From: Paramicrosporidium saccamoebae KSL3
Taxonomy: Eukaryota > Fungi > Cryptomycota
NCBI GenBank assembly: GCA_002794465.1
Contig: MTSL01000141.1
Span: forward strand, 10,339 to 31,249
Direction of reading: 5' to 3'
DNA length: 20,911 nt
Shown: positions 7,584 through 15,308 of the stretch, piece by piece
Position numbering within the stretch: position 1 is the first letter of the stretch
Layout of the letters: the number at the start of each line of letters is the position of its first letter
Position numbers and translations under genes: made by a program
The notes under the pieces: generated by a model
What the model was told of the DNA's origin: nothing
The model's input: only the letters and a program-made list of their open reading frames with translations
Database searches by the model: none

Positions 7584-9212
7584 ATGACAAAAGCCAAACG
7601 CGCTGCGGCAGTCAAGAGTAAGGCTAAATCAGCTGCTCCCAAAAGCACCGAGCGTGGCAGCAAAGTGCTCAAGACGGGCAACTTGAAGCTAAAGGGAGAA
7701 AACTTTTACCACGACAAGGAAAAGGTGCAACGACTGAATCTCCTCCGCGGAGGAAAGCCGGTGCGGGACCGAAGAGGAAAGATCATCAAGGAGGCCGCCT
7801 TCCAGTCCTCAGATGCACCCACTGCACGCATCCAGCCAGATAGGAGATGGTTTGGAAATACGCGTGTGGTCGGACAGCGCCAACTGGAAGAGTTCCGGGA
7901 AGAACTGGGGGCCAAGAAGAGCGACCCATATCAAGTACTATTGAGACAGAGCAAACTCCCAATGAGTTTGTTGACGGACCATACCAAAGAGGCAAAGATG
8001 CATTTGCTCAGCAGCGAGTCGTTTGGCTATACCTTTGGAAAAGAGTCCCAGCGGAAGCGGCCAAAGCTGGGGGTTGCGTCATTGGAGGAGCTTGCCCAGA
8101 GTGTAGAGGAAACGGCAGAAAAGGGCGCCGAGGTTGCAGAAACTGACTCTTTCAATGCCAACGATGCGATGCGCGATCCTTTGTTCCAGAAGGGACAGTC
8201 GAAACGCATTTGGAACGAGTTGTACAAGGTTATTGACTCTTCTGATGTGGTGGTGCATGTCTTGGACGCACGCGATCCCCTGGGCACCCGCTGCAAAAAT
8301 GTGGAGACATTTATTAGAAAGGAGGCACCACATAAGCATTTGCTGTTTTTGTTGAACAAGTGCGATTTGGTACCGCCCACCGTCACCCGGAAATGGGTAA
8401 AGCATCTGTCGCAGGACTATCCCACTTTGGCTTTCCATGCCAGCATCACTAATCCATTTGGAAAGGGCACTCTGATCCAGTTGCTGCGTCAGTACAGCGG
8501 CCTGCACAAGGACAAGAAACAGATTAGCGTTGGCTTCATTGGATATCCCAACACGGGAAAGTCCTCCATCATCAACACACTGCGACAAAAGGCGGTTTGT
8601 CCAGTAGCGCCAGTGCCGGGTCAGACAAAGGTGTGGCAATATGTAACACTGATGAAACGCATTTTCCTGATTGACTGTCCTGGAGTTGTTCCCTCGGCCA
8701 CCACTGATAGCGAGACGGACATTATACTCAAGGGAGTGGTCCGCGTCGAGGCAGTACCAAATCCCGAGGACCATGTGCAGGCAGTTCTGGAGCGAGTCAA
8801 GCCGGAACACGTTGGTCGCACCTACGACATTTGGAAGTGGGAGGATGCAACCGACTTTTTGGTAAAGTTGGCAAACAAGTCTGGGAAACTACTAAAGGGT
8901 GGTGAACCCGACATTAGTATCACAGCCAGAATGGTTTTGCAGGATTGGCTGCGTGGTCGGATCCCATACTTTGTACCCCCACCTGATAATATTGAAGATG
9001 ACGGTGATGAATTGGATGCTGAGTCCGAGGTGGGTTTGGAATCCGAGGTAGATGCTGAACCAGAGATGGGTTCGGAAGCAGAGGTTGGGTTGGGATCAGA
9101 GGTTGGTTTGGAATCAGAGGTTGGTACTAAACCAGAAATGGACAATACATCAAAAGTCGAGGATGGCTCAAATGCCGATATAGAGAATCAACAAGATTCC
9201 AATAATGAATAA
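7584..9212 (+). CDS. NOG2: Nucleolar GTPase Nog2 (circularly permuted YlqF/YawG family, pre-60S maturation), 542 aa
   Basis: NGP1NT N-domain ([15 protein letters not shown]), [30 protein letters not shown] (G4), [12 protein letters not shown] (G1), DCPG (G3), LLKGGEPD, and an acidic repeat tail. Confidence 0.97.
   Translation: MTKAKRAAAVKSKAKSAAPKSTERGSKVLKTGNLKLKGENFYHDKEKVQRLNLLRGGKPVRDRRGKIIKEAAFQSSDAPTARIQPDRRWFGNTRVVGQRQLEEFREELGAKKSDPYQVLLRQSKLPMSLLTDHTKEAKMHLLSSESFGYTFGKESQRKRPKLGVASLEELAQSVEETAEKGAEVAETDSFNANDAMRDPLFQKGQSKRIWNELYKVIDSSDVVVHVLDARDPLGTRCKNVETFIRKEAPHKHLLFLLNKCDLVPPTVTRKWVKHLSQDYPTLAFHASITNPFGKGTLIQLLRQYSGLHKDKKQISVGFIGYPNTGKSSIINTLRQKAVCPVAPVPGQTKVWQYVTLMKRIFLIDCPGVVPSATTDSETDIILKGVVRVEAVPNPEDHVQAVLERVKPEHVGRTYDIWKWEDATDFLVKLANKSGKLLKGGEPDISITARMVLQDWLRGRIPYFVPPPDNIEDDGDELDAESEVGLESEVDAEPEMGSEAEVGLGSEVGLESEVGTKPEMDNTSKVEDGSNADIENQQDSNNE
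9021..9146 (+). repeat. Seven degenerate 18-nt coding repeats (ESEVGL-like hexapeptide) in the Nog2 tail
   Basis: Units: gagtccgaggtgggtttg, gaatccgaggtagatgct, gaaccagagatgggttcg, gaagcagaggttgggttg, ggatcagaggttggtttg, gaatcagaggttggtact, aaaccagaaatggacaat. Confidence 0.85.
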
Positions 9213-9371
9213 AGTTGGTATAGGCTATGCTTAGATTGTTACGGTCAAAGGTTACTCAAATACAAATGTCGAGAATTGTGGCATAGTACGTAAGGTCTGT
9301 TGATAGGCGAATTGATTTTATTAGAAAAACTGGTATAGGCTAGGTTTGGGTCATTACCAGGGTCCCACGAC

Positions 9372-10301
9372 ATGTCACAGAACGACTATGCTGTGGCTGC
9401 CGAGCAGGGCGACCCGAAGGCTCAGTTTAAGCTCGGATGTTGTTACATGGATGGAACGGGTGTGGAGACAGATGCCACTAGGGCTGCACACTGGTTCTGC
9501 GTTTCGGCTGAACAGGGCGATGCCGATGGACAATTCTCCTATGCCAACTGTCTGTACAAAGGCCTCGGCGTCCCCGAAGATCGTCCTGCTGCTTTGGAAT
9601 ATTACATAAATGCCGCCAAACAGGACCATGTGGGTGCATGTAATTTCCTGGGTGACCATTTTAGAGGGGAAGGACAAGACCTCCCGGCTGCGGTTGGTTG
9701 GTATCGTCGCGGAGCCGCTCTCAACGATGCGGCAGCACAATGTTCTCTTGCATTTTGCTACCACGAAGGCATTGGTGTTGAGAAGGATGCAGACACGGCA
9801 TTCGGCTGGTTCCAGAAGAGTGCTGGACAGGGCAATGTTGCGGCCCAGCGCCTCCTGGGGTATTTGTATGAATGCGGTCTTGGCTGTCCCAAAGACGCAA
9901 AGCAGTCCTTTGAGTGGTATCTAAAGGCTGCCGCACAGGGCGACGTCTTTGCACAGACCAATGTGGCTGGCTGTTACAGCGACGGACTGGGTGTTGAACA
10001 GGACCTGGCACTCTCCCACCATTGGTATCGCAAGGCCGCTGAAAAGGGCGAACGTGGTGCCCAGGGACTTCTTGGCTATTTCTACGAAGCAGGTGTTGGC
10101 TGCGAGGCCGACCCGAAGGAGGCCTTTAGGTGGTACCAAGTTGCCAGTCAGAATGATAATGCTACGGCGCACTTTCTGCTAGCCAACTGTTATGAGAACG
10201 GGATTGGCGTGGAGGTTAGTCGGGAGGAGGCTCTAAAGATGTATAAGCGAGCTCTAGAGGCAGGCATTAATCAGGCCGAGGAGCGCATTAATGCCCTTTA
10301 A
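9372..10301 (+). CDS. Stand-alone SEL1-like repeat protein (about 8 repeats), 309 aa
   Basis: Tandem ~36-aa units of the form AQ..LG..Y..G.GV..D...A..WY..AA.QG span the whole protein. No signal peptide, TM or other domain is visible. Confidence 0.92.
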   Translation: MSQNDYAVAAEQGDPKAQFKLGCCYMDGTGVETDATRAAHWFCVSAEQGDADGQFSYANCLYKGLGVPEDRPAALEYYINAAKQDHVGACNFLGDHFRGEGQDLPAAVGWYRRGAALNDAAAQCSLAFCYHEGIGVEKDADTAFGWFQKSAGQGNVAAQRLLGYLYECGLGCPKDAKQSFEWYLKAAAQGDVFAQTNVAGCYSDGLGVEQDLALSHHWYRKAAEKGERGAQGLLGYFYEAGVGCEADPKEAFRWYQVASQNDNATAHFLLANCYENGIGVEVSREEALKMYKRALEAGINQAEERINAL

Positions 10302-10581
10302 TAGATTGCCTTTTATTAACCAACCAATACACTGACCATTTAACTGTAAAGTACTGGGCTGCTTAGCTAGATGCTGGGTAGTATATACCCTCCAATGTTT
10401 AGACACCATGTCGGCGAGTCTATACCAGCAGATAATGAACAGTTATCTGTCGTCCATTCATGTTGACACTGGTAATTACCACCACGCAACATGGCAAACT
10501 AATATGTGCGCCAATCACCCAGATGATTCACCGGCCAATGGCTTCACTTTTGACTTTACAATAACAATTTATTATTCATCA

Positions 10582-11544
10582 TTATCTATCATTGTCCTCA
10601 ACCAAGACGGCCATGCCCCCTAAATAGTTGTCACAGACATCCACAAAGACGCGTTTTGCCATTTCTTCAAACTCTGCGGGGCTCTGCAGTTCACGTACCT
10701 CGTCAACAATTTGACTCAGTGTGCATTTGGCTGGCAACTTGTGCACTGTTAACAACAGCAGCACGTCATTCTGTTTCAGCGAAGCCTGGGTTAGGGTGTG
10801 GGAGCCATCTTCTTCCTGTACGTACGCATCGGCCCATTTATCGGCGCTAGAAAGTGCGAGTTCAGCAAGATTGACGATATGGCCTCGTCGGATGTGGAGG
10901 ATTACGGCGCCGTTGCGTCGGTCAAAATCGGCTTTGCGATCCTCACGAATGCGAACCTGTACTTCAGGTAATTCGGGATGAGGCGAATCTACCCGAGCGG
11001 GCACTGTCAGCAAGGTTTCTGACCAATTTGCGTTGCCAAAGGGTGCCAAGTAGTGCTTTTGCATCAAAGGCACAAAGACACTGTCTGGGGGTGGCAGAAT
11101 GGAGATTTCAAAGACGGGTCGGGTGGGTTTACCGGTGGCACCAAGATATGTCTCGCAGGACTCGCTCAGTTCACTTTCGGTGGACTCTAAAGTGTCTAGT
11201 GAAAAGACTACTCGCTGATCAGATGTATAGTTGTGAGTCTCTATTCCGTTTGTAGTTGGGCCGACCGTAGCCACTACTTGGTTACCCTCCACGATCATGG
11301 CCTTGCAGTTTCGAGTTGTGACTGCGAGGCTGCCAAGTCTTGTTATTAGCTCGATCATGCCGCCGCCCGAATTGCTATGGGGATTTGTGCCTGTGCAGTC
11401 CTCAGGAGCCTCTAGTCGCAATGTGTCTATTCCGTCATGATACTCGTGGCTATATGGCCATCCATCCGGTGGATTGCTTAGATCGCCAAGTCTAAATGCC
11501 AACGCCAGACATGGAAGTGTGACAGCAATTACTGCAAGTAGCAT
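10582..11544 (-). CDS. Secreted protein of unknown function, about 320 aa; C-terminal half weakly PP2C-like
   Basis: Long ORF. The first in-frame ATG (11544) gives a signal-peptide-like MLLAVIAVTLPCLALA. The listed start at 11589 is a TTG just after a stop. An out-of-frame upstream ATG at 11596 makes the start uncertain. No confident family call. Confidence 0.7.
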   Translation of the reverse strand: MLLAVIAVTLPCLALAFRLGDLSNPPDGWPYSHEYHDGIDTLRLEAPEDCTGTNPHSNSGGGMIELITRLGSLAVTTRNCKAMIVEGNQVVATVGPTTNGIETHNYTSDQRVVFSLDTLESTESELSESCETYLGATGKPTRPVFEISILPPPDSVFVPLMQKHYLAPFGNANWSETLLTVPARVDSPHPELPEVQVRIREDRKADFDRRNGAVILHIRRGHIVNLAELALSSADKWADAYVQEEDGSHTLTQASLKQNDVLLLLTVHKLPAKCTLSQIVDEVRELQSPAEFEEMAKRVFVDVCDNYLGGMAVLVEDNDR

Positions 11545-11848
11545 CAGTAAACACAATGTCCGCGATGGTCCTATAGGCTGCCAGGTCAATTTTCATTGGG
11601 CCCAGGTAATACGACGGCGTGTTCTCGGCCAATCCAGATCAATGCGATTTAAAGTTTGGTTTGGGGGGTTATTAATGTAAGCATCTTTGCCAGTGTTAAA
11701 TGAATCTAGAATTCAATAAAGAATCCTTTGTTATCAATCGAATCCCACTATCAACCATTCCTCTATCAATAGAAACCCACCATGGTCTCGCCACCATAAT
11801 CCCACCACCAATCACCCCACTGCTGATATCACAAAGTGTTATTTATGA

Positions 11849-12740
11849 TTACAAATATCGATTGCTCAATATTTTTTCTATAGCCGAGTCTACATTTCCA
11901 TTGCACGCCAGTAAGGCCTGGATATTCTCCCGTGTGTCGGTAAATCCCATCTGCCGCATCGACTCTAATTGTTCCTTAAATCGTGCCTCTTCGTCTCCAG
12001 CGTCCATGGAGGGCCGTTTCCACGGATTGGGCATCGGCTGGACATTTCGGGTATGCTGGCCCTCGTACACACGTTGGTGGAGATGCATCTCACCCAGTCC
12101 CGTCTCCACCTCGGCAAGTTCCTTAGTGTAGAATTGTTGGAGTGCCTGGAAGCCACCGGGAATGTTCTCAATGTTGGCGAGGGCACGGTCATGGCCTCGC
12201 ATTGCCTCCTGGTACACCCGCGGGTCGCTCCCAGTGGCAAGGATTTCCTGCAGTGTAGACGGGTCAGACAGCGCATGTCGTATCTGCGGATTCCTCTCCA
12301 TGAGAGCCTTCATCTTTGGGTTCATTTGCAGCAATTCCAACATCATTTCGGGGTTCTTTGCCAACATGCCTGAGAAGGGACTCTCGTCATGTCTGGGAGG
12401 CCCCACGTTTGTTGGTGTCAGTGTGGGAGAGGCCTCGTCGCTGCTCGTCTTTCTGCTGACTCCCATGAACACTTTGCTGTAATTTTCAATCCCTACGCCA
12501 TCAGAACTATCCAATGTCAGTACCAAGACCGGCGGCACTCTCCTCATCCTGTATCTTCTTCCCTCGATATACCAACCACACCTCATCCGGTATGAGTCCA
12601 TACTGCTCAGCCACACTCTGTCTAATTCCTGCAACCAGTAGCTCATCTCTCTCACGGTAGCACACGGCCACACTCTCTACCTTATTACGGAACTGCACCT
12701 CGATGATCAGTGCCACTTCATCGTCCGTCTCGGATGACAT
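11849..12740 (-). CDS. DSK2: Ubiquilin / Dsk2-like UBL-STI1-UBA shuttle factor, 2 exons, 286 aa as modelled
   Basis: ATG at 12740, intron 12493-12523. UBL domain (IRQSVAEQYGLIPDEVWLVYRGKKIQDEESAAGLGIENYSKVFM), STI1 segments (MNPKMKALMERNPQIRHALSDP, DRALANIENIPGGFQAL), PMPNPW, and UBA (RFKEQLESMRQMGFTDTRENIQALLACNGNVDSAIEKIL). Confidence 0.9.
12493..12523 (-). other. Spliceosomal micro-intron, 31 nt (ubiquilin)
   Basis: Sense sequence gtactgacattggatagttctgatggcgtag, with a TTCTGAT branch-like motif. Removal joins ORF 12507..12752 to 11849..12673 (AGL-G-IENYSK). Confidence 0.87.
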
Positions 12741-12793
12741 TGATTTGGCCAATCACAATAGACAGTATTGCCCCTTATACCTGATGTCTGATT

Positions 12794-13217
12794 GGGTCCT
12801 TATATGGGCCGCTGGTAGTTGCGGGGTTGCTAGTAAGGACCCTGTCGAGTGCAAGATTAGCTTTTATAAAATCTGTATAGCTGATATGGTCCAATTGTAA
12901 GTGAGGAATCGTAAATACTAGGCTCTGCAGACTACTTGAACAAATTGGACCATCCCAATGCTACCCTACAATCGGATGATTTGAAACTCGCCTCCTATTA
13001 CTCAATGCTTCTTGATCGGATTTGCAACCATCTCGGATTTGGCAAACTTTGGCAATACAACGCTCTAGAAGCCTCGAGTATTTTCTGTATGACTTTTAGA
13101 TCATCGTATTGCCAAAGCTTTGTAGTGGATAGTCAATTCAAATTGTATAAACAGCTTCAAGCACATTTACGTACAGATAGTTATTAGTATTGACACATGT
13201 ATAAACGTGTAGTGTCA
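12794..13217. ncRNA. Candidate structured non-coding element (four hairpins), family unassigned
   Basis: Perfect inverted repeats: 12794-12802/12834-12842 (9 bp), 12886-12896/12943-12953 (11 bp), 13047-13058/13106-13117 (12 bp) and 13191-13196/13212-13217 (6 bp). They lie in the only large ORF-free gap. No known snRNA, snoRNA, RNase P or SRP motif set could be fitted. Confidence 0.35.
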
Positions 13218-13423
13218 CTCCTTAGATTTCCTTCCACATGCCAAGATCGGATGGAAAACTCTGCTCTGTAAAGACGGTTCGTATTCAATACAAGCTCTCG
13301 TTATTCCTGCATGCAAGTTGAAGAGTCCTCGCGTCACAATTTGGATTAGGAATACCAGTCAAAGCGGATACTTGTAATTGACCCTTTGTCTCTGATCCGC
13401 AGATACACCATCTTACAAAGAGT

Positions 13424-13861
13424 TTACTTGTTATCCATTATATTATTGATTGTCTCAGCCACCCTTTCAATCGAGGGATCGTCAGAGAGCGCCTGTTGGA
13501 GGGCAGACATGGGATCGTCGGCAGCGAGGATAGCCTCAATCTTTCGCCTCACCTCTTCGTCAGAGAGCACCGCTGCCACCTTGGGTGATGTTGCGACGCG
13601 CTTCTGGAGTTCAGTTGGTTCTGGTGCCAAGGTGTCTGTTGGATGCACCGGTCCCTCTATGGTAGGCATTAGTTTTACATTCAGCACCGGCATACTTGCT
13701 GGTTGTTCGGGTGGTTGCTTATTGCACTTTTCTTTATGCTGCTTGCAACAGGCTACTGAACAACTGCAAGATAAATCACACCGCCCCGTTGGGTACTATG
13801 GAGAGAGACACGTTGGACATTTGTATGGACAGCGCTCAGCCTTGCACACCACACAGCTCAT
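13424..13861 (-). CDS. ZNHIT3: Zinc-finger HIT protein ZNHIT3/Hit1 (box C/D snoRNP assembly factor), 2 exons, 134 aa as modelled
   Basis: ATG at 13861, intron 13764-13796. The spliced N-terminus MSCVVCKAERCPYKCPTCLSPYCSVACCKQHKEKC is a canonical zf-HIT that the ORF track misses. The C-terminus RVATSPKVAAVLSDEEVRRKIEAILAADDPMSALQQALSDDPSIERVAETINNIM resembles the ZNHIT3/Hit1 Rsa1/NUFIP1-binding domain. Confidence 0.85.
13764..13796 (-). other. Spliceosomal micro-intron, 33 nt (ZNHIT3)
   Basis: Sense sequence gtacccaacggggcggtgtgatttatcttgcag. Retention creates a TAG stop at the exon-intron junction. Removal completes the zinc finger (CLSP-Y-CSVAC). Confidence 0.88.
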
Positions 13862-14049
13862 TCGAATTTATTTTGTTATTCTTGAAACTGTACCAAAGAG
13901 CATTGTGAGTAGTCCTATACCCATAAGGCAAGACTCCCCACACCCATACTCTTGGACATGTTCTCCTTCCTAGGAACGACTGTTGCAGCAGAGAGAGACT
14001 GCCGCTCAGTGCTTAAAGGAAGTACATTTGCGTTGTAAAGAAAATGAGA

Positions 14050-14084
14050 CCCCGGCCAAATTTATAGGCGGGGCGGGGCCGGCC
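14050..14084. promoter_or_regulatory. Putative promoter element (CCCC-AAATTT-GC boxes) between divergent ZNHIT3 and UXS1
   Basis: Sequence ccccggccaaatttataggcggggcggggccggcc: an AT-rich core flanked by C- and G-runs with two overlapping GGCGGG boxes. Position-based inference. Confidence 0.4.
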
Positions 14085-14169
14085 GTAGTGGGATTGTTGT
14101 CAAGACTACAGGGTGGCGCTTATAACATTCCGATAGAAACACAAACAGCCCCACAGTGCCGCCAGCAGC

Positions 14170-15249
14170 ATGATCACGGCACCCACTGCCCAAAATGAGA
14201 TTATTGCATTGCCCAAGGGCGAACATCCCATTCCGCTGGCCACTTTGAGGGCATTATACTTGCCGGGCGAGAATACAGCAGCCATCTCAGTTGCACAACT
14301 TTCCACGAAAGAGCAACATCGAGTGTTAGTGACGGGCGGCGCGGGATTCGTAGGTTCCCATTTGGTAGACCGTCTGATGCTACTCGGCCACAAAGTTATT
14401 GTGGTGGACAACTACATGACCGGCAGCCCAAACAATATCAAACATTGGCGCAATCACCCCAATTTCACAATAGTGGAGCATGACATTGTAGAGCCCTTTA
14501 TGGTGGATTGTGACCGCATCTTCCATCTAGCCTGTCCGGCCTCGCCGCCACACTATCAGGCAGATGAGATCAAGACGGTCAAAACATGCGTCTCAGGCAC
14601 CACCAACGTCCTCGATGTTGCCAAGCGTAACGGGGCACGCTTCCTCTTTACAAGCACCTCGGAGGTGTATGGGGACCCCGAAGTGCATCCACAGACGGAA
14701 GAGTATCGCGGATGTGTCAATCCCATTGGCGTGCGGGCCTGCTATGATGAAGGAAAGCGGTGTGCAGAGACGCTGGCATATTGCTACCAGCGCCAACATG
14801 CTTTAGAAGTGCGGGTGGCGCGCATATTCAACACTTATGGCCCGCGGATGGACCCAAAGGACGGGAGGGTGGTGAGCAATTTTGTCATGCAAGCATTAAC
14901 GGGTCAACCCATTACCATCTACGGAAGTGGAGAGCAGACACGGTCATTCCAATTTGTACACGACCTAGTGTCAGGATTGCTGGCGCTCATGGAGAGCAAC
15001 TTTAGCATGCCGGTGAATCTTGGGAACCCTGAAGAATACCAGATCAAAGAATTTTCCACCATCATCCGCGACATTGTGCACAGTCAATCTGGCATTGTTC
15101 ATTTAGAGGCCACACAGGATGACCCGCAGCAGCGCAAGCCTGATATCTCGCGGGCAGACAAGGTCCTGGGATGGAAGCCAAACTATCCGCTGAGGGCGGG
15201 CCTAGTTGATACTATAGAATACTTTCGTCGCATATGCGATGGAAAATAG
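14170..15249 (+). CDS. UXS1: UDP-glucuronate decarboxylase (UDP-xylose synthase), 359 aa
   Basis: Extended SDR motifs VLVTGGAGFVGSHLVDRL, IFHLACPASP, TSTSEVYGDP, YDEGKR (YxxxK), RIFNTYGP, DGRVVSNF, NLGNPEE and DDPQQRKPDI. Confidence 0.96.
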   Translation: MITAPTAQNEIIALPKGEHPIPLATLRALYLPGENTAAISVAQLSTKEQHRVLVTGGAGFVGSHLVDRLMLLGHKVIVVDNYMTGSPNNIKHWRNHPNFTIVEHDIVEPFMVDCDRIFHLACPASPPHYQADEIKTVKTCVSGTTNVLDVAKRNGARFLFTSTSEVYGDPEVHPQTEEYRGCVNPIGVRACYDEGKRCAETLAYCYQRQHALEVRVARIFNTYGPRMDPKDGRVVSNFVMQALTGQPITIYGSGEQTRSFQFVHDLVSGLLALMESNFSMPVNLGNPEEYQIKEFSTIIRDIVHSQSGIVHLEATQDDPQQRKPDISRADKVLGWKPNYPLRAGLVDTIEYFRRICDGK

Positions 15250-15308
15250 TTTTGCACATACAAAGAATAGACACTCCTGATTGGTCAGAGCCCTGGACGA
15301 CGCATAAT

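Noticed and set aside
10306-10320. ttgccttttatt resembling U5 snRNA loop 1
   Set aside because: The conserved C after UUUUA is missing, there is no flanking stem or Sm site, and it lies immediately after a stop codon.
11595-11612. Possible upstream exon or intron (gtatta...tatag) extending the secreted protein
   Set aside because: The intron would be 42 nt, outside the local size range, and the resulting upstream frame has no ATG before a stop.
12772-12860. U1-like (cttatacctg), U4-like (gtccttatatgggcc...ttgctagt) and U6-like (aagattagc) fragments
   Set aside because: Short isolated matches. The U1-70K loop, K-turn, ACAGAGA box and Sm sites are missing, and the order does not fit any one snRNA.
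13047-13117. SECIS or U3 box B/C reading of hairpin C on the minus strand (AUGA...GA; GAUGAUC, GAGCGU)
   Set aside because: In the SECIS register stem II does not pair and the upstream gene has no in-frame UGA. The U3 boxes lack downstream C and D partners.
12936-13187. 83-aa ORF in the hairpin gap
   Set aside because: TTG start, no recognisable motifs, and it overlaps the stems.
13250-13410. RNase P/MRP P4-like pairing (ggaaaactctgc with gcagatac)
   Set aside because: It is one base pair short of the conserved P4, and no P1/P2/P3 frame could be built by eye. It needs Infernal and is not claimed.
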